A stretch of 57,469 bases of DNA from an uncultured bacterium (GCA_902763655.1 CACWSW010000022.1:1-57469); one strand, 5' to 3'. Positions 1-9,177 are shown, numbered from the stretch's first letter. The notes: generated from the sequence alone by a model not told the origin. Translations and numbers: made by a program.

Positions 1-192
1 CACGGTACGCAGGTGGCACCCCCGCAGGATGGATTATAGAATGCAGGCGGACGACAGTGCCGACACTGCGAATAGGAGAAAGACATGCATCAAGCAATCT
101 GGGCGGGAAATGCGGAAATCGCCAAAGCGATTTCGCCTATTGACATCTGTTCTCATAGGAGATGCGCCCCGCAGGCACATGCGCGGCATTTT

Positions 193-201
193 TGCTATAA
201 T
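193..201 (+). promoter_or_regulatory. Extended -10 promoter (TG-C-TATAAT) for the small lipoprotein/radical SAM pair
   Basis: TGCTATAAT at 193-201; AGGAGG RBS at 212-217; ATG at 225. Confidence 0.7.
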
Positions 202-224
202 ACGGCCGCACAGGAGGTACAGCC

Positions 225-506
225 ATGAAACTTTCGAAGAAGAACCAGGCCCGGCAGAGGGCCATACGCAAGGCGATCGCAAGCGGGAAGTCGGTAGGCG
301 GACTGCTCGCGGGGGCGTTGGCCCTCGCCACGACAGGCTGCTCCCCCAGACCGTCCCCAGGGCCGATAGGCCGTTTCCCGGATCCCAGCTACGAGGAACG
401 GGCCGGGCGCAAGGCCAACAACGAGAAGCCGAGGCGCGTCCCGATGGGAGATGTCCCTAGGGACATCAAGGACGAAGAGACGCCACCGCCAAAACCTGAC
501 AAGTGA
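225..506 (+). CDS. Small (93 aa) putative lipoprotein / radical SAM-associated peptide
   Basis: Perfect RBS; basic N-region, hydrophobic stretch and lipobox-like ALATTG|C; Pro/charged mature part with PIGRFP and PMGDVP motifs; stop TGA overlaps the next ATG (TGATG). Confidence 0.7.
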   Translation: MKLSKKNQARQRAIRKAIASGKSVGGLLAGALALATTGCSPRPSPGPIGRFPDPSYEERAGRKANNEKPRRVPMGDVPRDIKDEETPPPKPDK

Positions 507-1321
507 TGCGCTTTCCGCGCCACATGACGCTGGAACTCACGGCGAAGTGCAACTTCCGCTGCCCTTACTGCTACTGCCTCTGGCACGAGTTCCCCGAGAT
601 AGCCAAGCCCGAGCTCGACACGGCTGTATGGAAGGCCATTCTCGACAAGTGCGCCGACGACGAGGTCGAGGATATCCTTTTCACCGGCGGCGAAACTCTG
701 CTGCGCTCCGACCTCTTCCAGATACTCTCATACGCGCGCCGCCGCCTGCCGCGCGCCGACCTTTCGCTCTTCACGAACGCCAGCCTTCTCGACGAACCGC
801 TTGTCAAGCGCCTCAAGCGGCGGCACGTCAGAATCGCCACGTCGCTCCAAGGCCTCACCACCTACGGCGCCATGACGGGCACTCGCCGCACATTCCGCCG
901 CCTGCTCGCCATCATCGCGCGCGCCGGCGAACTCCACTGGCCAATCTCCGTCTCGATGACGGTCACTAAAGCCAACGTGCACGAGGCGACCGACATGTTC
1001 GCCGCCGCAGTCCTTTCCGGAGCCGCCTCGATCCTTGTTGGGCCGATGATGGCCGGCGGACGCGCACTCGCCCATCCGGAGCTGATGCTCTCACGCGCGG
1101 AATGGAACGCGACAAAGGACGCGATCCGCGCCCTTCCCGACTGCGGCGTGCCTTTCACGTTCTGCGACGAGTTCTTCTGCGAGTGCCGCAACGACCAGCC
1201 CGCGGCCCATCTCCGCAAGAAGTGGCGCGATCCCTCCCATACGCCATGCCCGGCCGGACGAGACTTTGGCGTCATCGGTCCAGCCGGGCACTTCCGTGCA
1301 TGCTTGCACGCGACTACATGA
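506..1321 (+). CDS. Radical SAM protein with a short (Twitch/half-SPASM-like) C-terminal Cys region
   Basis: CNFRCPYC (CxxxCxxC), FTGGE motif, C-terminal CPAG...GHFRAC. ATG at 506 overlaps the upstream stop; GTG at 503 is an alternative start. Confidence 0.9.
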   Translation: MRFPRHMTLELTAKCNFRCPYCYCLWHEFPEIAKPELDTAVWKAILDKCADDEVEDILFTGGETLLRSDLFQILSYARRRLPRADLSLFTNASLLDEPLVKRLKRRHVRIATSLQGLTTYGAMTGTRRTFRRLLAIIARAGELHWPISVSMTVTKANVHEATDMFAAAVLSGAASILVGPMMAGGRALAHPELMLSRAEWNATKDAIRALPDCGVPFTFCDEFFCECRNDQPAAHLRKKWRDPSHTPCPAGRDFGVIGPAGHFRACLHATT

Positions 1322-2429
1322 GCGACTTGTAGAGCTTGGCGATCTGCGCGACGGAACAGTCGCGCGGATTGCCGGGACGGCACGCGTCCTTGTAGGCGCT
1401 CTCCGCGAGGAACTGCACGTCCTCCTTCTTCAGGACGCCCTTGAGGTTCGGCGGGATGCCCACGTCGGCGGAGAGCTTCTCGACCGCCGCGATCGCGGCC
1501 TTGCGCGCCTGGGCGAGCGTCATCTTCTCGACGCCCTTCACGCCCATCGCCTCGGCGATCTTGCGGTACTTCGCCGTGGGGAGCAGGATCGCGCACGCCT
1601 TGCCGTGCGGCATGTCGTAGAGCGCGGAGAGGCCGTGCGCCATCGAGTGGTCCACGCCGAGGCCCACGTTGGAGAAGCCCATGCCGGCGATGTACTGGCC
1701 GAGCGCCATGCCCTCGCGGCCGGACGGCTTGTTCGCCACGGCGTCGCGCAGGTGGAGAGAGATGAGGCGGATCGCCTCGAGGTGCATCATGTCCGTCATC
1801 GGACACGCGGCCTTCGTGATGTAGCCCTCGATCGCGTGCGTGAGCGCGTCCATCCCCGTGAACGCCGTGAGGCCCTTCGGCATGGTCGCCATCATCTCGG
1901 GGTCGACGAACGCCACCACGGGGATGTCGTGCGGGTCCACGCACACGAACTTGCGTTTCTTCTCGACGTCCGTGATCACGTAGTTGATCGTGACCTCGGC
2001 CGCGGTGCCGGCGGTCGTCGGCACGGCGAGGATCGGCTTCGAAGGATTCTTCGTGGGGGCGACGCCCTCGAGCGAGCGCACGTCCGCGAACTTCGGGTTC
2101 GCGATGATGATGCCCACAGCCTTCGCCGTGTCCATCGACGATCCGCCGCCGATCGCGATGATGCAGTCCGCCTTCGCGGCCTTGAACGCCTTCACGCCGT
2201 TCTTCACGTTCGCGATGGTCGGGTTCGGCTTGATCTCGGAATAGACGGCGTACTTGACCTTCGCCTTGTCCAGGAGATCGGTCACCTTCTTCGTGACGCC
2301 GAACTTGATGAGGTCCGGATCGGAGAATACGACCGGCTTCTTGAGCCCGCGATGCGCGAGTTCGCCCACGATTTCCTTCACGGCGCCCGCGCCGTGGTAG
2401 CTTGTCTCGTTCAGGATGATTCTGTTCAT
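1314..2429 (-). CDS. fucO: Lactaldehyde reductase (iron-containing alcohol dehydrogenase)
   Basis: N-terminus MNRIILNETSYHGAGA, GGGSSMD, PTTAGTAAEVT, DALTHAIEG, HSMAH and HG metal-ligand motifs. Appears about 10 aa short after LLPT (see findings). Confidence 0.9.
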   Translation of the reverse strand: MNRIILNETSYHGAGAVKEIVGELAHRGLKKPVVFSDPDLIKFGVTKKVTDLLDKAKVKYAVYSEIKPNPTIANVKNGVKAFKAAKADCIIAIGGGSSMDTAKAVGIIIANPKFADVRSLEGVAPTKNPSKPILAVPTTAGTAAEVTINYVITDVEKKRKFVCVDPHDIPVVAFVDPEMMATMPKGLTAFTGMDALTHAIEGYITKAACPMTDMMHLEAIRLISLHLRDAVANKPSGREGMALGQYIAGMGFSNVGLGVDHSMAHGLSALYDMPHGKACAILLPTAKYRKIAEAMGVKGVEKMTLAQARKAAIAAVEKLSADVGIPPNLKGVLKKEDVQFLAESAYKDACRPGNPRDCSVAQIAKLYKSLM

Positions 2430-2468
2430 GTCTTTATCCTTGTTCGGTTTCGCAGATGGAACGCGTAC

Positions 2469-2497
2469 ATTTTAGCCGATAGGCTCCTGCATGTCAA
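2469..2497 (-). promoter_or_regulatory. sigma70 promoter for fucO
   Basis: TTGACA (2497-2492), 17-nt spacer, TAAAAT (2474-2469). Confidence 0.8.
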
Positions 2498-2556
2498 ACG
2501 GACGTCAGCAGAAGGCGTCAATTGTCCGCATTTCATGCCACACGCAGCGATCTTTT

Positions 2557-2567
2557 TGTGGTATCAT
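2557..2567 (+). promoter_or_regulatory. Extended -10 (TGTGG-TATCAT), 6 nt upstream of ATG 2574 (leaderless-type)
   Basis: TGTGGTATCAT at 2557-2567; no SD before ATG 2574. Confidence 0.55.
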
Positions 2568-2573
2568 GTGCGC

Positions 2574-4535
2574 ATGGAAAACTACATACTCTCCCTCTCC
2601 TTCGCGAAACGCATGCTTGCTGCCGCAGTGGCGGCCGGCACGATGGCTGCCGCGGCAGCCGACGGCACCGTCACGGCGTCATCGTTCGGATTCGACCCGA
2701 ACGACTCCACGGAAATCCTCCAGAAGGCGCTCGACTCCGGCGCGCGGAAGATCGTCATCGACAAGCAGGCGACCCCGTGGATCACGCGCCCGCTCTTCGC
2801 GCGCTCGGACTGCGAGATCGTCTTCGCGCGCGGCACGGAAGTGGTCGCGAAGAAAGGCGCGTTCCTCGGCAAGGGCGACTCCCTCATCACGCTGAAGCGC
2901 TCCAGGAACGTCAAGCTCAGCGGCTACGGCGCCACCCTGCGGATGCACCGCGACGACTACGCGGCGCCGCCCTACGCGAAGGCCGAGTGGCGGATGAGCA
3001 TAAACCTCCTCAGCTGCAGCAACGTCGTCGTCGAGGGACTCACCCTACTGGAGTCCGGCGGCGACGGCGTGTACGTGGGCGTCACGGGGAAGAACGGCCC
3101 GTGCCAGGACATCGTGCTGCGCGACCTGGTCTGCGACCGCCAGTACCGCCAGGGCATCAGCGTCATCTCCGCGCGCAACCTCCTCATCGAGCGGTGCATC
3201 CTCCGCGACACCGGCGGCACGCCGCCCGCGGCCGGCATCGACTTCGAGCCTAACCACGCCAGCGAGGAGCTCACCGGCATCGTGATGCGCGACTGCACGA
3301 TCTCCAACAACCAGGGCATTGGCCTAGACTTCTACCTCGGCCAGCTCGACGGCACCACCAAGCCCGTCTCCATCAGGATCGAGAACTGCCGCATGAGCGG
3401 GAACGCGCACGGGTTCGCCCTCTCCAACGGACGCAAGGAAACGTTCGTGCGCGGACGCGTGACGTGCGAGAACTGCTCGTTCGAGAACGAGCGCGGCTTC
3501 GCCGTCCTCCTGCGCCGCAAGCCGGCCAGCTCCGTCTTCGTCGACTTCGGCAACTGCCAGTTCATCAACTGCCAGACGAACGCCAAGGCCGCGGCCGAGG
3601 TCTGCGACATGTCGTTCGGCGCCACCGCGCCCGGCGCAGGCCCCACCGACGGCGTCGCGTTGCGCGACTGCACGATCCGCCAGCCCGTCGCGCGCAAATG
3701 GCTCTCGCAAAAGCTGGACGCGCTCTCGACCGACATGCCTTCCCAGATATCCGGCAAGCTGACAGTCGAATCCCCGTCCGGCACGAGCACGTTCGTGCTC
3801 GACGCCGCCTGGCGCGACAGCCACTTCTCGAAGCCGGTCCTCGCAGGCGCCCCCAAGCGGCGTAGCTTCGACCTGGCCGCCGCCCGCCCGTTCGATTCCT
3901 GCCCCGGCAAGACGGTGCGCCTCAAGCCGTTCCGCTTCCGCAGCGGAGTCACCTACCGCTTCTTCATGGCCGCGCCGGGCGAGGCCAGGTTCTCGGGCCG
4001 CTTCACCAAGGTCGGCAAACCGGCCTTTACCCCCAAGCCCGTGGTGATCAAGGACGCCGACGGCAAGACTTGCGCGACCATCAAGCTGAACGACACCGCC
4101 GAGACGCCGTTCTCGTTCACGGCCAAGGCGGCAGGGTTCTACACGATGTCCGCCGACGTTGGCAGCCATGCCTTCGGCCTCTCGGCGACGTCCGTGCCGA
4201 TCGCGGTTGCGCCGACAGGTCTCGCCCGCTCCATCTTCGCCACGCAAGGTACCCTCTACTTCCGCGCTACGGCCGACACGCCCTTCGTCGTCGCGGTCTC
4301 GGGCGCGGACATGTCCGAACGCGTGCGCGCGCAGGTGTCGGATCCTGCCGGCAACACGCTGTGGGACCAGGACCAGATCTCGGAATGGGCGGCATACCGT
4401 TCCGCCGGGCATCCGGCGGAAGGTCTCTGGCGCATCACGTTCAGCCGCGCATCGGGATACCCCTTCGAGGACTTCACCGTCCTCCAGCAGGGCGCCGCTC
4501 CCGACTTCTTCCTCACACCAGCGAAGTGCTGGTAA
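2574..4535 (+). CDS. Secreted right-handed parallel beta-helix protein (pectin-lyase-like fold) with C-terminal beta-sandwich region
   Basis: Signal peptide (MLAAAVAAGTMAAAAA); beta-helix motifs GDGVYVG, YRQGISVISA, GIDFEPN and repeated I/V-x-N/D-C rungs. Start is 2574 or 2613; the ORF-track start at 1266 is an antisense shadow of fucO. Confidence 0.75.
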   Translation: MENYILSLSFAKRMLAAAVAAGTMAAAAADGTVTASSFGFDPNDSTEILQKALDSGARKIVIDKQATPWITRPLFARSDCEIVFARGTEVVAKKGAFLGKGDSLITLKRSRNVKLSGYGATLRMHRDDYAAPPYAKAEWRMSINLLSCSNVVVEGLTLLESGGDGVYVGVTGKNGPCQDIVLRDLVCDRQYRQGISVISARNLLIERCILRDTGGTPPAAGIDFEPNHASEELTGIVMRDCTISNNQGIGLDFYLGQLDGTTKPVSIRIENCRMSGNAHGFALSNGRKETFVRGRVTCENCSFENERGFAVLLRRKPASSVFVDFGNCQFINCQTNAKAAAEVCDMSFGATAPGAGPTDGVALRDCTIRQPVARKWLSQKLDALSTDMPSQISGKLTVESPSGTSTFVLDAAWRDSHFSKPVLAGAPKRRSFDLAAARPFDSCPGKTVRLKPFRFRSGVTYRFFMAAPGEARFSGRFTKVGKPAFTPKPVVIKDADGKTCATIKLNDTAETPFSFTAKAAGFYTMSADVGSHAFGLSATSVPIAVAPTGLARSIFATQGTLYFRATADTPFVVAVSGADMSERVRAQVSDPAGNTLWDQDQISEWAAYRSAGHPAEGLWRITFSRASGYPFEDFTVLQQGAAPDFFLTPAKCW

Positions 4536-4538
4536 AGG

Positions 4539-5840
4539 TCACTTCTTGACCGACGCCTCGCCCGGCTTCACGGGCGAGGCCAAGTCGACTCCGTCCCGGA
4601 ACGTCACCACTTCTGGCTTGGCAAGAAACCGCTTCAGGCATTCCTTCCCCTCCGGCGAACGCGGAATCTCGTACCCGCCCCACATGTTAACGAACGCGAA
4701 CCCGACGCCGTCCGCCGTGACCGCCTTGTAGAGCCAGTCGTAGTAGTCCGGCAACGCCGCGCCGATCGCGCCGCTCTCGAACAGCCCGCAAACCTTCCCG
4801 CGCCGACGCGCCTCGGCGGTGATCTGACGCATTTTCTCAACGGCGCTTTCTTGGCGCTTGACGGTGATCTGCATGTTCGTTCCCGTGCCGATCTGATAGT
4901 CGTCGTAGCCGATGATGTCCACGAACCCGTCGCCGGGATACCGCCCCATGAACGAATGCGCGTCCCCGTCGCCTTCCGCTCCCATGCGCCACCAGTAGCG
5001 GTCTGGCGAATAGGCGAACAGTAGATTGTCGCCGCCCGCCAGCTCGCGCAGGCGCGTCGCCGTGTACCTGAAAAGCTCGACGTAGTCCTTCACGCTGACC
5101 GAACCGAGGCCCCACCATTGCCAGTCGTCCTCGCATTCGTGGAACAGCCGCACCACTGCCGGAATCTGCCTGCCGTCCGTCCCCTTCAGCTCGAGGAGGA
5201 AGGACGCGATCTCCGCCAGCCGCGCGTCGTACCACGCGCGTGGATTAGCGTTCGTCGCGACAGGCGCAGACGCGTCGCACGACGAACACCGTCCGAAACC
5301 GCACGGCCCGCCCGTCCCCTCAAGTATCTGGCGTATCACGTGCCTGTTCTCCTGCGGGTAGTCCTTTGAGCTGTAGCGATACCGGTAAGGCGCCTCGCCG
5401 TGCTTGGGATCCTTCCAGCCGTTCGGCACGTACGGGTTCTCGACGTGCCAGCTGAACACCGGGACTGCATGATAGTCGTGCCATGCCTTGCGTATCATCG
5501 CCTTGAGCGACGCGCGGTTCTTCGCGTACTGCGCTTCGCCGAGATACGTGCCTGCGACGAACCGCAGGTCCGTGAAGTACATCACCGGCTCCTCGCCCGT
5601 CAGGTCGTTGAAGCGCGACGAGAACTTGAACTCGCCCGGCTCCTTCGCCCGCCACCCGTCCCCGTCGGCGGCGCGGAACGCGGGGTCCGTCTCCAGCCAC
5701 GGATGCGTCCACGAATACACGAACCGCCCCGAGTCCGCGACGCGGCGCAAGTTCTCGGCAAAAGCCTTCGCGCACTGGTCAGCCGGAAGTGAAACGGCAA
5801 GCGCACACCCCGCAGCGGCAATCAAGCCCTTGACACTCAT
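4539..5840 (-). CDS. Glycoside hydrolase family 26 (beta-mannanase-like)
   Basis: Signal peptide; FSWH, RLFHECE (acid/base), WWG, YPGD..VDIIGYDDY, GLFESG (nucleophile). Confidence 0.85.
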   Translation of the reverse strand: MSVKGLIAAAGCALAVSLPADQCAKAFAENLRRVADSGRFVYSWTHPWLETDPAFRAADGDGWRAKEPGEFKFSSRFNDLTGEEPVMYFTDLRFVAGTYLGEAQYAKNRASLKAMIRKAWHDYHAVPVFSWHVENPYVPNGWKDPKHGEAPYRYRYSSKDYPQENRHVIRQILEGTGGPCGFGRCSSCDASAPVATNANPRAWYDARLAEIASFLLELKGTDGRQIPAVVRLFHECEDDWQWWGLGSVSVKDYVELFRYTATRLRELAGGDNLLFAYSPDRYWWRMGAEGDGDAHSFMGRYPGDGFVDIIGYDDYQIGTGTNMQITVKRQESAVEKMRQITAEARRRGKVCGLFESGAIGAALPDYYDWLYKAVTADGVGFAFVNMWGGYEIPRSPEGKECLKRFLAKPEVVTFRDGVDLASPVKPGEASVKK

Positions 5841-5867
5841 GCTGTGTCCTCGCCGATCCGATTCCGG

Positions 5868-6686
5868 CTACTTGCCCTTCTCGGCCTTGATCTTCTTGAA
5901 TGTCGTGGGATCGTCGGTGTAGAGGCGGTCAAGCCCCATGTCGAGGAAGCACCGCATTTCGGCAGGCGCGTTCACGGTCCAGGCGCCAACCTTGAAGCCG
6001 GCTGCCTTTAGCTTCTGGACGCGCTCCGGCGTCACCTCCGGATGGAAGAGGACGAGCGTCTCGAAGCCATGCTCCTTCGCGAACGCGATGTCCTTGTCCA
6101 CGTCCATGTTGCGCCCGCGGTCCCAGAACACGGGCACCGACGGCTCGAGCTCCTTCACGCGGCTCATCCATTTCGCGTTGCCGTCGTTGAAGCCGACCCA
6201 CTTGAGCGCACCCTTCTGCCGCACAAGCGCCATCGCCTGGTCCACGCAGTCGCACTTGGGCTGGATCGAGAGGCGCGCCTTCTTCTCGGCGAGGATCAGG
6301 TCGAGCGCCTCCTCCAGCCGCACGATCGTCACCTTGGGGCACTGCTCCAGCGTGAGCTTGTGCTGCGCGCGGAACTTCTCGGCCATGTCGAGCTGGGCCA
6401 ACTCGGCGTAGGTGCACTCCTTGATGACCTTGTTCTGCGAACAGTATTCCCCCGTCGTCGCGTTGTGCGAGATCACGAGCTGTCCGTCCTTCGTCAGGTG
6501 GACGTCCGTCTCGATCCAGTCCGCGCCGATCCGGTTCGCGGACGAAAACGCCCGCAACGAGTTCTGCGGCAACCGGATGGAATCCCCGCGATGGGCGGTG
6601 ATGCCGTTCTCCGCCGTCGCGCCACACGCGACATGTGCCGCCAGCATCGCCGCCAGCGTGAAAACAGTTGCCTTTCCTGGTATCAT
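5868..6686 (-). CDS. Secreted glycerophosphodiester phosphodiesterase (GDPD family)
   Basis: AHRG..PQN, IETDVHLTKDG..VISH, WTVN, YTDDP motifs; signal peptide. Confidence 0.9.
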   Translation of the reverse strand: MIPGKATVFTLAAMLAAHVACGATAENGITAHRGDSIRLPQNSLRAFSSANRIGADWIETDVHLTKDGQLVISHNATTGEYCSQNKVIKECTYAELAQLDMAEKFRAQHKLTLEQCPKVTIVRLEEALDLILAEKKARLSIQPKCDCVDQAMALVRQKGALKWVGFNDGNAKWMSRVKELEPSVPVFWDRGRNMDVDKDIAFAKEHGFETLVLFHPEVTPERVQKLKAAGFKVGAWTVNAPAEMRCFLDMGLDRLYTDDPTTFKKIKAEKGK

Positions 6687-6699
6687 CTCTTCTCCTTGC

Positions 6700-7683
6700 T
6701 TAAGCGTTCGCTTCTGTCTGCTGGCATTTCGCCTTCCGCTCCGACAGCTGCTTGATGTCTGCCTCGGTGGGTTGCTTCCGGAAGTAGCGGTAGTTCAGCA
6801 CCCAGCAGGACGGATGGCGACGAATCACGCGCTCCAGGTCGTGGATGCAGTCCTGCGTTCGCCGCCAGACGTCCGTGCCCTTCTGCCACGGGTACAGGTT
6901 TATGAACTCGCAGCGGTATGTGCCGTCCTTTAGCGGACGGCTCCACGCCACCACGATCGTCGCGTGCGTCTTTGCCGCAAGGAACGCCGGCGCAACAGAC
7001 ACAGGCATCGGCCGCCCGAAGAACTCCACCCACACGCCGCCGTTTGCCGGCTTCACCACCTGGTCCACCAGCAGACCGACGTCGGCACCTTCCTTCAGAC
7101 CCTCGAAAAGCGGACGGAACGCGCCGTCTGCCGGGACGATCTCCTGCCCGATGGCCCTGCGCGACTTCATGAGCATCTCCGTCATGGCCGGCGTGCCGAT
7201 GTTCTTCGCCACCGAGATCATGCGCCGCCCCTGGAGATGCACGAGCTGCGAGAGCACCTCCCAGCATCCCATGTGCGCCGACACGGTCACGAGCGGCTTG
7301 TGCTCCGCCAGCACCTCCATGCACCTTGGCGAGAACGAGGCGACCGACGCCGCCCGCTTCATCGCGCGACGGCTGGTCCAGAACACGTGCCCGATGGTGC
7401 GCGCCATGTTGCGGTAGCTCCGCTTCAGGATGAGCTTCTCCTGACGCGTCGGCGGAACCTTCAGGGATATTTCCCTTCCAAGCACTATCCGAAGATTAAT
7501 CAGCGCGAGCATGCGCCCCTTGCGGTCGAAGAAGAACATCACGGCGCTCATGAAGTCGCAAAGCGCAAACAGCAGGCGATGCGGCATGTTCCCGAGGATG
7601 GCGATTCCCAGGAATATGCCCAACCACTCGAACGGGCGCCTCAGCCCGCGCCTGATCGGCTTGCGGTTGCGGTGACTCTTCAT
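6700..7683 (-). CDS. Lipid A biosynthesis-type lysophospholipid acyltransferase (LpxL/HtrB family)
   Basis: AHMGCWE (H-x-G-x-WE), GLLVDQ, VEFFG, C-terminal W..Y.YF. Start corrected to ATG 7683 (MKSHRNRK), 4 nt after the upstream stop. Confidence 0.85.
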   Translation of the reverse strand: MKSHRNRKPIRRGLRRPFEWLGIFLGIAILGNMPHRLLFALCDFMSAVMFFFDRKGRMLALINLRIVLGREISLKVPPTRQEKLILKRSYRNMARTIGHVFWTSRRAMKRAASVASFSPRCMEVLAEHKPLVTVSAHMGCWEVLSQLVHLQGRRMISVAKNIGTPAMTEMLMKSRRAIGQEIVPADGAFRPLFEGLKEGADVGLLVDQVVKPANGGVWVEFFGRPMPVSVAPAFLAAKTHATIVVAWSRPLKDGTYRCEFINLYPWQKGTDVWRRTQDCIHDLERVIRRHPSCWVLNYRYFRKQPTEADIKQLSERKAKCQQTEANA

Positions 7684-7687
7684 GCCG

Positions 7688-9139
7688 TTACGCCTTGATC
7701 TCCCAGCCGTTCCTGTAGGAAGTCTGCAGGTATGCGTTCGCCGCCACATCGTTCGTGATGCGCTTGCCGTCCCACTCGAGCTTCTTCAGTCCGGCGCGCG
7801 CGGCGACGTTGCCGAGCAGCACGGTCCTCGCGAGCGGCGCGGAGTAGTCGAAGTTGCATCCTGCCGGACGGTTCGGGTTGCGGATGGCGCGCAGCCAGTC
7901 AGCCTGGTGCGTCAGTCCCTTCTCGCGCGGGATGGTCTTGGGCGGCTTGGGAAGCTGCTTCATGAGCCCGTTCGGCACAAACTGCAGCCCGCCGCCGTGC
8001 GGACCGATGGCCATCACGCCCTTCTCGCCGATGTAGACGGTTCCGAGGCAACCGAGGTTCTGCCCGTACTTCTTCTCCAGCTCCTCGATGATCGGCGGCA
8101 GGTTCTGGTAGTCGCGCTTGCGGCAGACGCCGATCTTGTCCACGTGCTCCTTGTCGTACGGGATGCCGTCCTTCACGCCGTCGAACCAGTGGAGCGTCAT
8201 CGCGTCCATCCCCTTGCGGGCCGGGAACGTCCAGTGGATCGTGTTGCGCCACGTCCACGAGCCTTCCGCGCCCCACTTGATGTCGGTGGCCTCCACGCTC
8301 GTGGGATCCACCTCGCCCAGGCGCAGCGCCCAGAACGCGGGATCGAGGATGTGCGTGCCCATGTTGCCGATCGCGCCGTTGCCATAGCCGATCCAGGAGT
8401 GCCAGTCGTGCGGATGGAGCCCGTTGTGGTCGGCTGTCGGCGCGTAGTAGTCGCACACGGGCGCCGGACCGCACCAGGAGTCCCAGTCCATCCCCTTCGG
8501 CGGCTCTGCCTTTGGAGGGCGGTACATCATCGCGTTCAGGCGGTCGTCGAACGCCCACACCTCGCGCACCTGCCCGAGCGCGCCGCTCTGGATGTACTCC
8601 ACGAGGCGGCGCATGCCCTCCTCGCTGTGGCCGTGGTTGCCAACCTGCGTCACCACGCCGTACCTCTTCGCTACGGCGTGCATGATGTCCACCTCCGCCA
8701 CCGTGAGGGCCATCGGCTTCTCCACGTAGACGTGCAGGCCCTTCGACATGGCGAGGATCGCAGCCGTGGCGTGGTGGTGGTTGGGCGTGGCGATCGCCAC
8801 GGCGTCCAGCTCGCCCGCCATCTTCTCGAGCATCTCGCGGTAGTCGTAGAACGCGCGGATCTTCGTCACGTCCGTCTGCGGCTGGTGCGCCTTCACCACG
8901 GCGCGCACCTTCTCCCAGCGGCTCGGGTCCGGCTCCGCGATGCAGACGATCTCCTCCTCGCACATGCCGTTGAGGATGCCGTAGCGCGTACTCAGGCCCA
9001 TGCGCCCGCCGCACCCGATGAGGCCCAACCGGATCTTGCGCCCGGCGGCGACCGTTCCCGCGAACGCGGGATTGCCGATATTGAACAGCGGCAGCGCCGA
9101 AGCGCCGGCCGCCAGCCGAATAAATGCCCTTCTCTTCAT
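7688..9139 (-). CDS. Tat-exported Gfo/Idh/MocA oxidoreductase
   Basis: MKRRAF twin-arginine signal; GLIGCGG, ATPNHHH, YVEKPMA, WxSW.GYG.GAIGNMG.HILD motifs. Confidence 0.9.
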   Translation of the reverse strand: MKRRAFIRLAAGASALPLFNIGNPAFAGTVAAGRKIRLGLIGCGGRMGLSTRYGILNGMCEEEIVCIAEPDPSRWEKVRAVVKAHQPQTDVTKIRAFYDYREMLEKMAGELDAVAIATPNHHHATAAILAMSKGLHVYVEKPMALTVAEVDIMHAVAKRYGVVTQVGNHGHSEEGMRRLVEYIQSGALGQVREVWAFDDRLNAMMYRPPKAEPPKGMDWDSWCGPAPVCDYYAPTADHNGLHPHDWHSWIGYGNGAIGNMGTHILDPAFWALRLGEVDPTSVEATDIKWGAEGSWTWRNTIHWTFPARKGMDAMTLHWFDGVKDGIPYDKEHVDKIGVCRKRDYQNLPPIIEELEKKYGQNLGCLGTVYIGEKGVMAIGPHGGGLQFVPNGLMKQLPKPPKTIPREKGLTHQADWLRAIRNPNRPAGCNFDYSAPLARTVLLGNVAARAGLKKLEWDGKRITNDVAANAYLQTSYRNGWEIKA

Positions 9140-9148
9140 GACGCGGGC

Positions 9149-9177
9149 ATTATATATCCTCTCGCGTCCGCCGTCAA
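9149..9177 (-). promoter_or_regulatory. sigma70 promoter whose -35 overlaps the GH92 stop codon; -10 is 9 nt from ATG 9139
   Basis: TTGACG (9177-9172), 17-nt spacer, TATAAT (9154-9149). Confidence 0.7.

Noticed and set aside
1266-2573. N-terminal 436 aa of the 1089-aa ORF 1266-4535
   Set aside because: Antisense shadow of fucO; the real protein begins at 2574 or 2613 after a promoter and with a signal peptide.
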